From assembly GCA_002269645.1 (NCBI GenBank), contig NIVC01001978.1:62001-126000 (forward strand): a stretch of DNA of 64,000 nucleotides, read 5' to 3'. Positions 1 through 13,000 of the stretch are shown here, piece after piece; position 1 is the stretch's first letter; every line of letters begins with the position of its first letter. A program made the position numbers and the translations under genes. The notes under the pieces were generated by a model. It worked only from the letters and a program-made list of their open reading frames with translations, made no database searches and was not told the origin of the DNA. This DNA is from Macrostomum lignano (taxonomy: Eukaryota).

Positions 1-1295
1 TTAGAGAGACTGTGTAATGCCTGACAATTAGAGAGTCTGTGTAATGCCTGACAATTAGAGAGACTGTGTAATGCCTGACAATTAGAGAGACTGTACATGC
101 CTGACAATTAGAGAGACTGTGTAATGCCTGACAATTAGAGAGACTGTGTAATGCCTGACAATTAGAGAGACTGTACATGCCTGACAATTAGAGAGACTGT
201 GTAATGCCTGACAATTAGAGAGACTGTGTAATGCCTGACAATTAGAGAGACTATGTAATGCCTGACAATTAGAGAGACTGTGTAATGCCTGACAATTAGA
301 GAGACTGTGTAATGCCTGACAATTAGAGAGACTGTGTAATGCCTGACAATTAGAGAGACTGTGTAATGCCTGACAATTAGAGAGACTGTGTAATGCCTGA
401 CAATTAGAGAGACTGTGTAATGCCTGACAATTAGAGAGACTGTGTAATGCCTGACAATTAGAGAGACTGTACATGCCTGACAATTAGAGAGACTGTGTAA
501 TGCCTGACAATTAGAGAGACTGTGTACATGCCTGACAATTAGAGAGACTGTGTAATGCCTGACAATTAGAGAGACTGTGTAATGCCTGACAATTAGAGAC
601 TGTGTAATGCCTGACAATTAGAGAGACTGTGTAATGCCTGACAATTAGAGAGACTGTACATGCCTGACAATTAGAGAGACTGTGTAATGCCTGACAATTA
701 GAGAGACTGTGTAATGCCTGACAATTAGAGAGACTGTGTAATGCCTGACAATTAGAGAGACTGTGTAATGCCTGACAATTAGAGAGACTGTACATGCCTG
801 ACAATTAGAGAGACTGTGTAATGCCTGACAATTAGAGAGACTGTGTAATGCCTGACAATTAGAGAGACTGTGTAATGCCTGACAATTAGAGAGACTGTGT
901 AATGCCTGACAATTAGAGAGACTGTGTAATGCCTGACAATTAGAGAGACTGTGTAATGCCTGACAATTAGAGAGACTGTGTACATGCCTGACAATTAGAG
1001 AGACTGTGTAATGCCTGACAATTAGAGAGACTGTGTACATGCCTGACAATTAGAGAGACTGTGTAATGCCTGACAATTAGAGAGACTGTGTACATGCCTG
1101 ACAATTAGAGAGACTGTGTAATGCCTGACAATTAGAGAGACTGTGTAATGCCTGGCAATTAGAGAGACTGTGTAATGCCTGACAATTAGAGAGACTGTGT
1201 AATGCCTGACAATTAGAGAGACTGTGTAATGCCTGACAATTAGAGAGACTGTGTAATGCCTGACAATTAGAGAGACTGTGTAATGCCTGACAATT
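1..1295. repeat. 27-bp tandem minisatellite (TTAGAGAGACTGTGTAATGCCTGACAA), with 25-bp variants; probably intronic in B9D2
   Basis: Direct periodicity; the ORF track shows 9-aa repeats (LSNCQALHS). Confidence 0.95.
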
Positions 1296-1429
1296 AAAAA
1301 GCCAGGACCGCTGTACATCCTGTGTGTGAGTGCGTGCCTCCACGTGTGTGCATGATGATGTATTCGAATACTACTGTACTACATGTAGCTCACGGCGAGT
1401 CTTCGGAATGGGCAGAATTGTGCTGCTTG

Positions 1430-1880
1430 AGGGGACCAGGGACTTTAGCACCAGGGTCTTTTAGCACCAGGGGCTTTTAGCAACAGAGGCTTTTTATCAG
1501 GACTTTAGGACTTTAGCACCAGGGTCTTTTAGCACCAGGGGCTTTTAGCAACAGAGGCTTTAGCACCAGGGGCGCCAGCACCAGGGGCGCCAGCACCAGG
1601 GGCGCCAGCACCAGGGGCGCCAGCACCAGGGGCGCCAGCACCAGGGGCGCCAGCACCAGGGGCGCCAGCACCAGGGGCGCCAGCACCAGGGGCGCCAGCA
1701 CCAGGGGCGCCAGCACCAGGGGCGCCAGCACCAGGGGCGCCAGCACCAGGGGCGCCAGCACCAGGGGCGCCAGCACCAGGGGCGCCAGCACCAGGGGCGC
1801 CAGCACCAGGGGCGCCAGCACCAGGGGCGCCAGCACCAGGGGCGCCAGCACCAGGGGCGCCAGCACCAAGGGGCTTTAGC
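1430..1880. repeat. 15-bp tandem repeat (CAGCACCAGGGGCGC) with degenerate left edge
   Basis: About 20 perfect copies at 1560-1865; 5-aa periodic ORFs. Confidence 0.95.
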
Positions 1881-1947
1881 CATACATGCCATATCATTTA
1901 AACGTCTTATACAGAACGGACACGATATCTATTTTTAAAAATCGCAG

Positions 1948-2238
1948 GTGTTCCACTACGACTGGGCCGGGCGCAGCTCATTGGTCGGCTACGGCTTCGC
2001 TCACGTGCCGTCGCAACCCGGCCTGCACAAAATCGACTGCGTCACTTGGCGCCCAACCGGCTCGTTCATGGATGAGGTCAGCTCAAAGTTTGTCGGCGGA
2101 GGAATCCAATTGAAACGACCCGACCTCGTCTACGAGTTGCACGACCGACGCAATGTGCACTCGACCGCCGGCGGCAAGGTGCACCTGGAGCTCAGCGTTA
2201 TTCTGCGCAACTTTGACAAGTTCGGCGTTGAGTGCTAA
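1948..2238 (+). CDS. B9D2: B9 domain-containing protein 2 (ciliary transition zone), terminal exon
   Basis: Acceptor ...ATCGCAG|GTG at 1947/1948. Peptide VFHYDWAGRSSLVGYGFAHVPSQPG...TWRP...FVGGG...AGGKVHLELSVILRNFDKFGVEC* matches the known B9D2 C-terminus (…GYGFCHVPSSPG…FVGGG…LLRNFDRYGVEC). Upstream exons lie outside the window. Confidence 0.92.
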   Translation: MFHYDWAGRSSLVGYGFAHVPSQPGLHKIDCVTWRPTGSFMDEVSSKFVGGGIQLKRPDLVYELHDRRNVHSTAGGKVHLELSVILRNFDKFGVEC

Positions 2239-2902
2239 GAGTTCACATAGTTTTCAAGCACAAAATCTCATTTTAAGACAATGATCGGTCGCATTGGGTG
2301 AACACAGAATTGCCTGTTTCTTAGCTATTGAACTTCCAGATAACAAAGCGAGTCATTGAGGAAGGGAAAATGCATCTTCTGTGACAACTTTCGTGTGTAT
2401 CAAAAAGTTTCGATTCATAGCTATCAAGTATTCTCTGGGAATAGACAATATCTCTTTTTACTCTCTTTCAGTGTCGATCATTGCAAGTTGCTAAATATTA
2501 TTTGTCAAATTTGACACAATTCCTGTCCGTATCATTATATATTATATTATATGTAATGTTAATGTTCGGATTTAGGCTTAACTAATGTAGATTTGGCATA
2601 TTAAATTACTACACAAAAATTCATGCTTAGTTGTACTTTTAAAAGCTGTATTTTTGTTTTAAATGTACTCTATGGTATTTTCTATTAAGCGGTAGCGTTG
2701 CAACACCTGCCATGGCGGTAAGTAAACCGTTTGTCAAAATCATTCCTTAATTTTGTGATTTGGAGCACTCCTGAAGTGAAGCGATTCATTTAAGCTTATT
2801 TGCGTATAAATATATATACCTGAATAAATATGATGTCGTACTGAATGGACTGCCTTTTAAACAATAATTATGAAAGTCTCTTTTCTATTTTTGAAGCTTC
2901 AA

Positions 2903-3190
<288 letters not shown>

Positions 3191-3210
3191 ATTGATCATA
3201 CATATGGTAT

Positions 3211-3325
3211 GAGTCCACCGTGACTGCTGAGTACTCTACTGCTACCTTCTCCGAGTCCACCGACCGCTGAGTACTCTACTGCTACCTTCTCCGAGTCCAC
3301 CGACCGCTGAGTACACTAATGCTAG
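3211..3325. repeat. Short ~40-bp tandem duplication (GAGTCCACCGACCGCTGAGTACTCTACTGCTACCTTCTCC), ~2.7 copies
   Basis: Direct inspection. Confidence 0.7.
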
Positions 3326-3739
3326 ATCCACAGGTACTACTAGCTGCACCACCAGTGGCAGTGATGCTGAACTGATTTATAGAATGGCCTCCTGCGCAGT
3401 AGCGACTCGGTGCTTTCGGAGCAGTGCTTTGATAACTTATGTGAGGACTCATTTTACGTTCAGAACTGTTTCGAAAAGAAATTTTTTTATTTTAAATAAT
3501 AGTAAATCAAATCTTAAGCTTGCACGAGAAAAGATTGCCTCGGCACTCTAAATTGTGTCTTTTAGACCGTATCTATAACAAAATATTATCTGTAAGTACA
3601 GAAGTTAAACTCTCATGGCCGTAGCGTGCCACTGTTGCGTAACAGTGCTAGGGCGTAAACGCGCGATGCCGGCGCACGTGGAAGAAGGCTAAGGCGAGAG
3701 CAAGGAAAGAGATAAGGTAGTACACTACACCTGCTGACT

Positions 3740-4430
3740 ATGATGGATTCTTACACCCGCTGGATCAAGGCCACTCCCGTCATGGACTTCCTCGCATCCT
3801 GGATTGCCCGCTTCGGACCACCGCTCACATTAATTAACGATCAAAGGTACACAGTTCCGAGCCGAGCTCATGCAAACCCTGGCGCAGCACCTGGTAATTC
3901 ACCATATCCAAACTTCGGCATATAACCCGCGAGCCAACGGCGTCGTCGAACGCGTTCATAGAACGTTGAAGATGGGCCTAAAAGCGCGCGCGGAAAATGC
4001 TGGTTGAGCCAACTGCCTCTCATACTTGTACCCCTTGGAATGCGTATCTTCGCAGACGAAAAGGGATCATCGCCTTTCTCACTTGTTACTGGAGAGCAAC
4101 TCATGGTTCCGCAAGTAGTAGCCGACACTTCGACTCTGACCGAGCTATCAACTCAGCTCCATCAACTGTTTTTCCACTACCGCCTACCGCGAACTCGTCC
4201 AGTCCCCACCAACATGCCGACCGCGCTGCATGGACTCCTGCACACACGTGTGGCTACGGTTGGATCGCTACGCTACCGCCGCCGCCACCGGAGACCCTTC
4301 CCAGAGCCTACTATTCCGTCTAATGATTCTCCAGACGCTAATACTCGTTTAAGAAGTTCTCGCCCTGTTAGATTTGCCTCCCAGCCGTCTATACAATACT
4401 TTACACCATCTGCAGTCGTCCCCTGACAAT
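3740..4430 (+). pseudogene. Degenerate Ty3/Gypsy integrase fragment
   Basis: Frameshifted pieces read DSYTRWIKATP...WIARFGPP..LINDQ and YNPRANGVVERVHRTLKMGLK...WLSQLPL...SPFSLVTG, i.e. rve core motifs. A purine tract GGGGGAGAG follows near 4536. Confidence 0.8.
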
Positions 4431-4762
4431 TAGATTCTAGAAAAGCAACACCATGACACTGCTGTTACCCATGTACGTGGTGCAACATTTCCTTCCTGTT
4501 GATTCTTTCTTTTAATCCTGGATGTACTCCGTTTTGGGGAGAGTTATTACATCGTTGTAGTTGTTTTTTTCCTTCGTTACCTTTCCGATCTGCCGAGTAC
4601 ATTGACAGCTCTGTACGCTGCTAGTAAGACCACCAATCTACATGCATATTTTAAGACAAAAAGTATACTCGCTTCAGAGCGCTATTAACCAAAACAACTT
4701 AATTCTCTTGTAGCAACCATGTAGCTACAGATGACGCGCAGTTTTTATAGTGCAGCAGCGAA

Positions 4763-5052
4763 CTAGACACGACCTCCATGCAGACACGACCTAGACACGA
4801 CCTCCATGCAGACACGACCTAGACACGACCTCCATGCAGACACGACCTAGACACGACCTCCATGCAGACACGACCTAGACACGACCTCCATGCAGACACG
4901 ACCTAGACACGACCTCCATGCAGACACGACCTAGACACGACCTCCATGCAGACACGACCTAGACACGACCTCCATGCAGACACGACCTAGCTAGACACGA
5001 CCTCCATGCAGACACGACCTAGACACGACCTCCATGCAGACACGACCTAGAC
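4763..5052. repeat. 28-bp tandem repeat (CTAGACACGACCTCCATGCAGACACGAC)
   Basis: About 10 copies. Confidence 0.93.
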
Positions 5053-5908
5053 ATGATCTATATGGTCGCTGCTGCTGGATAAAGCCGAAAGACGACAGCT
5101 CCTTTTGAAAAATCCTTTTTTTCGGTTTTTTAAAGCCCGATAATTTTTATACCGTCAGCGCCCATTTATTTTACACCAATCTCAAACATCAAGAAAATTG
5201 CAAAAATCATTTTTCAGATTTGAAAACTAAAACCAAGGCTTAGTGGCCAAAATTTATAAATAGTATATTTAGTAACTGATTTTGAGTTTATGTATTTATT
5301 AGTCAGATTAAATATAGTAGAAAATAGATCGATATAAATAATTAATGGAGTAGCTATAGGTTTTTTAAAATTGAAAACATTACTAATTACATTAGAATAC
5401 ATTACATTAGAAGGATGATTTTTCCTTCTTTGAATCGGAACTTCACTAGAAACGTTGAATTCAATGAAATAATAATCGGTTTTATGTATTAGTACTACTA
5501 CGAAAATTCTAAACTAATATCAATAGTAGGACTAACGCAAAGAAAAAACTTGGTTAGCTTATCGAACTAATTAAAATAAATTACGAATAACGATACCAGC
5601 TCTGGTTAGGTAAAATAAAGTTTAAATAGAAGTGAAAGAATAAAGTCGCGTGAAAAAAGATTTTGTCTTATTTAAATTGTTATTTTTTTTTGTTTTTTTG
5701 CGTAGCAATACGAGCGTATGACACCAATTATAGACACCTCCACTATTCGTTAATTCAATCTACTTTTGCTATTTAAAAAAAATCGAATTCAGCAGCACCA
5801 GCTAGAGGCTCGTCAAAACTTTTCAGACTATTTTACAAGTATCTATATCGTATTTCGTATTGTACGTGAAAATCATACAGCGGAGCTGTTGTTTACATAT
5901 TATTACAC

Positions 5909-6821
5909 TTTAGCGACTCGCAAAATGAAATGGCGCGAGAGAAAGTAAACTTTTATTTTTCACAATCGCATATAAATACTGCGCGACAGAGAGGCATGGG
6001 GAGGTGCGCATAGTCCGTGCCAGACCCTGCGGCTTAGCGCGCCGGCCGTCTGGGTGCACCCACCCCCCGGGCAGGGTGAGTCAGGCCGATTGAGTGCAGG
6101 TGCACTGCCCGCGCCTACAGCGGGCTGGTCTGGCCGCCACACAGCTCCCCCCAGCACCGAGCTATGCATCGAGAGTTGTCGGGCGACACCGGCGAGGCGG
6201 CTGGCGGCGGCTGGGGAGGGCAGCGGCGGGCTGGTCTGCTGTCGAAGGGCGGCCAGCTGAGGCCGCGGGACCGGCGGCAGGCGGCTGGCCCGCTGTTGTC
6301 GGGACAGCTCGAAGGTGCCGAGCAGTCGCTCCTTCAGCCTCTTGTACTTTTCTTCCCTCGGCGGATTCTCCAGCGCGTCGATGAGCCGCTCGGCGGTCTG
6401 CTGATCGAGCGCCGCGATGACGTGGCTGTACTTCGTGTCGTCATCGGAGATCTTCCGCAGAGCGAATTGAGCTTCGGCCTGAACAAACCAAATACGAGGT
6501 TGAGATGCCCAAAACGTGGGCAGTTTGAGTGCAACGGCTGACTCCGTAGTCATTCCTCAGCTACGGCTGGGGTTGTCGGGCTCACCAATTTAGCGACTCG
6601 CAAAATGAAATGGCGCGAGAGAAAGTAAACTTTTATTTTTCACAATCGCATATAAATACTGCGCGACAGAGAGGCATGGGGAGGTGCGCATAGTCCGTGC
6701 CAGACCCTGCGGCTTAGCGCGCCGGCCGTCTGGGTGCACCCACCCCCCGGGCAGGGTGAGTCAGGCCGATTGAGTGCAGGTGCACTGCCCGCGCCTACAG
6801 CGGGCTGGTCTGGCCGCCACA
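5909..6821 (-). mobile_element. Miniature (TRIM-like) non-autonomous LTR retrotransposon: two 233-bp LTRs, PBS, truncated gag, PPT, 4-bp TSD
   Basis: LTRs at 5909-6141 and 6589-6821 appear identical by eye. TSD ACAC at 5905-5908 and 6822-6825. PBS (minus) TGGTGAGCCCGAC resembles the complement of the tRNA-Trp 3' end. PPT GGGGGGAG lies beside the left LTR. Confidence 0.9.
6142..6553 (-). pseudogene. Truncated Gypsy-type gag N-terminal domain inside the miniature LTR element
   Basis: MTTESAVALKLPTFWASQPRIWFVQAEAQFALRKISDDDTKYSHVIAALD...KYKRLKERLL is the LPxFW...WFxQxEAQF gag motif; the ORF runs on into the PPT/LTR. Confidence 0.8.
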
Positions 6822-7261
6822 ACACCTTTCCAGACTTATTTCGACAAGCCAACATCCTATTCACCTCCGGCAGTACAATAATTTAGACAGTGTATTGTTT
6901 CTCAAACTCGATTGACTATAGCAAAATTCCAACTCAAATTAGACTTTTAATGCAACATTTAAATGGAAACTTAAATGGTGTTCTGAAATACCTAAGTTCT
7001 AAATTCTAAGGTAGAATAATATAATATTGAGATGTCTATAAATTGGGTATCTCGTTTTGCTAAAAAATGGGAAAAAAGGTAAACTGCCATATCATATAAA
7101 TAATCAGTCTTAAAAATTATTGAATAAATAATTAAGTATAACTCACGTGCAGCAAAACCAGACAAAAGAGAAATGTGCCGCCTCCACCACCGTTGATTGC
7201 GATTAAAATCGATTAAAATCAACTGACCACTCACAAAAATTACAGTCTCAACGATTAAACG

Positions 7262-9458
7262 TCAGTTTTTTCTAATGGGACGCTTTGTTCCGCTCTGCAA
7301 GTTGGTCTGCTGGCCTTGAAGGAAGTCCAGCTCGTAGGTTTCCGGCCGCCCTGGAAACTGGACTCTCGCTTTGCAGCTGCCAGAGCCACTCGTGTAGGCT
7401 ACATATGCCTGCTGAATTTGACGCTGTACTAAGCTTTCAAATGGCTGCCAGATGCCGTTCTCGTTTTGGTACTGCCAAGTAGTGCTGACGCTGACGTTGA
7501 TGTCCACTTTCTGACGTTGGATAGACCGAACGTAACCAGTTTTCGCGTTCCTCTGTGTGTTAGCCGAGAAGTTCACAGTGTACGGTTGCGGAGTGTCGTC
7601 TATGTAACGCCTAATAGGCGGTGTGGTGAACTGCGCCGGTCCGCTGTGCATTCTGTACGCATCGTATTGCGATTCAAGCAAGCGATTAAATTCATCCGTG
7701 TAGGGTTCAAATCCGCCGCCATCTTTCTGCCAGTGCCACCGAAACGGAGATCGCCAGTTGTCGTTTTCAAATGATTCGGATATTTGAGACTGGTTGGCTA
7801 CTGGCTTAATGAAGTCCAATCGAGGAGTTGATGAGTCAAAGTACACCACTAAGACAGGCAAATTAAAAGACTTTGAGCCGTCTGTTGGGTTTTTAACCAC
7901 ATAGCAAAAGCCTTGTCTGTGTGTAATCGGACCTCCGTTCAAGAGAAAAGCGACGATCATCGCGCCGCAGTTTCTCGAGTAACCTCTAGAGATGCTGGGA
8001 GTCACTCCGAAATACTCTCCCGGGCCGCAAGCTTGGCCCGACCTCCTTTTAGGATCGAATCCCGAGTGGCAGATTTGTCTCAGTGCCTCACTGCTGCTTC
8101 CGTGAAAGGCGAAGATACCGTCTGACTCGTGCAATATGCCCCGATTCAGTGACAACAAGCCGCGGTGAAAAGTTTTGTACGCGGGAATTGGAGGATTGCT
8201 AAGCAGTCCAGGGTTGACGTCGATCGCACAGATCGGTGGCATGTCGGCAGGCCAGTTCTGTCTGACATAGACTTCTGCTGCTTTAATCAGCCGAGAAACT
8301 GGTTCCTTATCTGTAGATGCTTTTTTGAACTCTGAGCAGCTCAAACCTCTATGCATTACATCGTCTGCAACCTTGCAGTCAACACACACCCAGTGTTCAC
8401 AGCAAGCGCAACTTTCGTACGAGCCTTTATTAACGAATCCATGGCAGTCTTTAATGATACAGCGAGCAAGTTTCATTGAAGGATCCTGAGCCACATGCTG
8501 AGCAACCTGACGTATTGCAAGCTTCTCAAAGTTGTCACCAGTGAGTTTGCGAATTTCTCCTATGGTGATTGGTGTCTGGCATTTCGGACAGCAGATTGAG
8601 GCTGCAGAGACGCTTTGGAGCCAGTTTTCAATGCACTTGCAGTACGGGTGTCCGCATATGAAGAAATTTTCGACTGCTGCCTTTGATCTGCAGATAACGC
8701 ACGTCTTTTGGCTAAGTTTATTTTTGCTTCCAAGTTCAGCAACGAGATCGTTCACCTCTTTCTCGCAATCTGAAAGAACCGAAGAATCTTTTCTAGCAAA
8801 TAGCTCAATCTCCGAGGTGTGGAACAGAAACTTGATGAAGCAACGTTCGTCCCATTTTCGTTGCAGCGCCTTCAATTTGGAGTCTCCGGCAAGCCCATTT
8901 CGTAACAGCTGGGCAGTCGCAGCATTCAGAGGTATCAGACGGTAGCGGCTCTCGATTTTCGTGAACTCGTCAGCAATTTTTCGCATGAGAGAGCCTTGGC
9001 TTACTTTCGAACCAAATACCCGGAAGTTCCAATCGTCTCGGAATTCGCACACCAAATTGAGTTCCTTGGCCCAGGCATCGAACAGACCAGTCTTCTTGAT
9101 TTCGTAGAAAAGTGTTTTCTCTTTGTTGGATACGTGCCGAATAGTTATTGAGGAGAACAGACTTCGGAGCTTGTTCGCTACCAATTTTATCTTGTCATGC
9201 TGCGGACCGGACAGTCGGATTTCTAATGTTTTGTCAGGCTTCGGAACGCTCGCACTCTTTACAGTGGGATCGCCAGACCGCTCAATGAGGCTGTTTAGGT
9301 CCGGAAAAAGGTCAGGATGGCTGATGAAAACAGATTCAGTCCATTCCGCAGAGCAGCCAGCGATTGAACCTGCACGAATCTTGTTGTAAAATTCGACTGC
9401 ATGTTTTGATTCGCTAAACTTGACAAAAATAGTTCCGGAATAGTTGTACGAGTAGTTT
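7262..9458 (-). CDS. C-terminal part of helicase fusion gene: RRM-like, RING, IBR, PARP-type ADP-ribosyltransferase domain, two WWE domains
   Basis: Frame is open from ~9458 (NYSYNYSGTIFVKF, RNP1-like). RING CVIC..CGHPYCKC..CPKC; IBR CIIKDC..CACC..CVDC..H..LSC; ART FHGS..GFD..GPGEYFG..S.GY; WWE FRWHWQKDGGGFEPY and TWQYQNENGIWQPF. Confidence 0.82.
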
Positions 9459-10083
9459 TATCTTCCCAAGGCTTTATTTCAGGTGAAACCTGTTTAACGA
9501 AGGTTCCGCCGTTCTTTTTACTATTAAGACTAATAGAAAACGGTCCGATGTTGCACAAAACTGTACTCAATGATTTCATCAGATTGTCGCGCTCTGTTTC
9601 ACTGTTTAGTGTTAAAAGCGCCCTCGAAGCCCCGATTCCCGGTGGAGCTGGAGCACGTGACAAAATGCGAATCGAGTCTACGGTGTTCAAACGTCCTGAT
9701 TTCCTAATGAGACCTTTCACATCAGACTCTGTCCAATTTGCTGGCATATTCGAAATTAAGACTTTAAAATTTTCCTGGCGCCGTCTGCGCTTATTGGTGT
9801 GATGGATCTTTGCAATCGAGTCACTGTGTGCTCGAATAGTCTCCTCTTCAAAGCCGCTGGGAGCGGATATCAGAAGTTGAGCCAGTCCTTTGTCACTTTC
9901 AGCTGAGTCTGTGGCAACTTCGTTCTTCGATGATGGCACTTCTTTCTCAGTACGATTCGAAGTACAAATATATACCTCTTTTACTTGAAGGCCACATAGA
10001 AATGTAGCTCTGAACCCCTTCGTTTCAAGCACATGTTGTTCTTGTAAATATGTCAGCTTCGAATTGTCAATTAAAGACTTCAG
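9459..10083 (-). CDS. Middle segment of the same gene (RRM-like), in frame with the helicase ORF past a single TAG
   Basis: TAG at 10086-10084 is followed in the same frame by LKSLIDNSKLTYLQEQHVLETKGF...; FKVLISNMPANWTESDVKGLI is RNP2-like. A 1-bp loss in the A-run at 9456-9459 joins it to the C-terminal part. Confidence 0.7.
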
Positions 10084-13000
10084 CTAGGAACGAAGTTCGG
10101 AACTTTCCGAAGCTCTTGCGTAGACATCGATGCTTGCTTCATCCGCATTGTGCGACAGTACAATCCACCTTCGTTGTTCTTCCGAGATCTGTGACGATTC
10201 TTCATTGATTTTCGAATTGACTGTCTTAAACAAGTTCGAGCTCGCATTGGCCTCCGTAAATATCTTTTCTAAAGGATGCGACCTTCTATCAGACACAGTC
10301 GTCGGATCTTTGAGTGGGTGCAGCCCATCCACGATGTACATACCGGACACCATCTGCCTAACTCGTACTGCAACGAAGTACTCACAGTCCTGGGGGCGTT
10401 GTGCAAACACCGATGTGTTCGAAATCCTAGCTCGGATATTTGAGTCAACAATCTTCATGCCCTCTGACGGCAGATGCTTTACCAACAGACATGTCACCTG
10501 TTCCGGAATCACCTGCTCGAGACAGCTTCCAACAGCTTGAATTGGGTCTTCATAGCTGCTCTCAACCTTTTGAAGCTCTAAGTACCATTTACTTTTCTTT
10601 ATAGCCTTCAAGAAAGAGGTTCGCGACTTCTCAATGTGCTCCATGACCTTGTTATTGAGCCTGTTTGAGTTGCTGTGTCCAACCCGACATGACCTACAAC
10701 TATTCTGGAACTTTTTTGCCACTTTTCCGCAGCTTTTGCACCTTCCGTTGATCAATTTTCCGGCGTTAGACCACGAATCATAGACACTGACTTCGTAGAG
10801 AATGTCGCTTTCGTGAGCAAATGCTTCTAATGCTCTTTTCTGCAGTCCCTCTTTCTTCTCCTTGTCGCGTCCAAGGAAGAATATACTGCCAGGGGCTGTG
10901 AGGATGCAGGCAACCGTAACCGCCAATTCTAACTGACCGAAGGGCTGGTGAGCCCTGATTATGAAAGCACTCAAACGTGGATCGAGCCCGAGTTCTGCAA
11001 ACAGTTCACCTGCATTTGACAGCGACTCAACTCCGGACAGGCATCCAAGATCCATCAAAGTTTGGTACGAGTGAATCAGCATTTCTTCATTTGGCTTGTC
11101 CAGAAATGGAAACTCGAGCGGCTTTAACTTTAGTTTGATCAACAGCAGAACGACCAGATCCAACGAGGACCGCAGAATTTCGGGAACAAACTCAGCGCTC
11201 TTTAAAACGTCCTCAGAGTACAGCCGAACACAGTGACCTGGTGCAGTTCGTCCCGCTCGACCCTTTCTCTGGTTGGCGGCTGACTGCGAAATCTGCCGCA
11301 GCTCCAACACTGTGATGCGCCTCTTTGCGTCAAAGCGTGACTCCTTCGCCAGACCGGAGTCGACCACCAACCTGACTCCGTTGATTGTCAGTGACGTCTC
11401 AGCAACATTAGTGCAAAACACCACTAAGCGATCGGAGTCTTGACTCGGCTTGAAGTCCAGAACCTTGACCTGCTCCTCCCGAGGAAGAGACCCGTACAGA
11501 GGCAGTGCCACGCAGTTGTCTTCCGTCTGCTGCTGCTGAAACGCCTTGATGGCCTGCTGGATTTCCCGCTCTCCGGGCAGAAAGACGAGCGCATAACCGT
11601 CGCTGTGGTCTCGCAGCGCTTTAATCAGACTTGGCACCAGATGACTTTTGATAAACACATCCGGGTTTGAATCAAAAGCCGGAGGAATGTACTGCAGTGA
11701 GACATCGTACATTCTTCCTGGAATGTCAAGGACGCCGCAGTTGAAGAAATCTCGAAACAACTGTGGATCGATCGTGGCCGATGCTATCACAACATAGAAA
11801 TTGTCAGGTCTCTTGATGCGAATGAGCTTGGCAAGTCCAAGAACAATGTCAACATTCAGCGATCGCTCGTGAGCTTCATCGACGATTAGCACTGACACAT
11901 TGTCCAATGATTCATTGCTTTGGCAATACCGAATGAGACACGACTCTGTCATGAACATTATGCCAGAGCCTGGTGCACTGTTCTCGCCACCGACTTTGTA
12001 CCCGACTGACTCTCCGACATCGCATCCGTCGAATTCTTGGGCCACTCGATGCGCAATCGAGACCGCCGCCATCACGCGAGGCTGTGTGCAGATAACAAGG
12101 CCTCCGAAGCACTCCGCTGCGTACTGCGGCAGCTGGGTGGTCTTTCCACTTCCTGTCTCTGCCCTTACAATCAGAACTTTTTCATTTTGAAGCCGTTCAA
12201 GGAACTGTTCTCGATAGTTCAGTACTGGCAAGCGGTTCGCTTCTCTGTCAATTCTTCGCTGGTGATCCGATTTAAGCGCTGAGCTTCTCTGAAGCGGCGC
12301 CTTCGAAACGCTACTCATACCTGGGTGTAAACCTGCACAATCTCTGTTCCTGCAGTCGCTTCCTTGAGTACACGGTTTGGGGCGTCTCGGAGAGTGCGAG
12401 CAATCGCAAGCGACATCGCGACAGGCTAGACCGTTGGGGCAAGGGTTCCAAGCCTCGGGATGTAGGCATTCGCAAATGTGATTCCAACACCGGTCTCCGT
12501 ACTTGCAGGGACTGCATCGACCAGGCGGATGCACCAATGCGCAATTGAAGTCGTCGCACGACTCGCCCCAATCGCAAAATTGCCTGCTCCGGTTTTTCGG
12601 ATGAAGCCATGGACAGAAGGGCAGCTTGCAACGATCTCTCCGCTTGCATTTTTTACGTCTACCAGCTTCGTGCAGTTTCTCGCACTCATACTCAGTGCAC
12701 AGCTTTCCCTTCTCGCATAGCTCTCTAGAAGCTGGGTGCAGTTTTTTGCAGTCAAATTTCAGGCACTTGGCTCCTTCTTCGCAAGGATTCTCACGAGATG
12801 CTGGGTGCAACTTTGGACAGTCGAAATCCTGACAGTCCTCGGCGAATTCGCAAGCCTGACGCTTCTCGGAGTGCAGGAAGCTGCACTCAAATTTGGTGCA
12901 CTTATCGCCGAATTGACAGCGCTTTGTGCGACCAACTGGGTGGCTCTTCGTGCAGTCGTACTGGTCGCAATCCACAGAGCACTCGTTTGGATCAGAGAAA

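Noticed and set aside
82-1897. Multiple ORFs with 9-aa and 5-aa periodicity
   Set aside because: Translations of 27-bp and 15-bp tandem repeats, open in several frames; not genes.
4752-5075. 10-bp inverted repeat (GCAGCAGCGA/TCGCTGCTGC) flanking the 28-bp array as a MITE
   Set aside because: Too short, does not extend, and no TSD.
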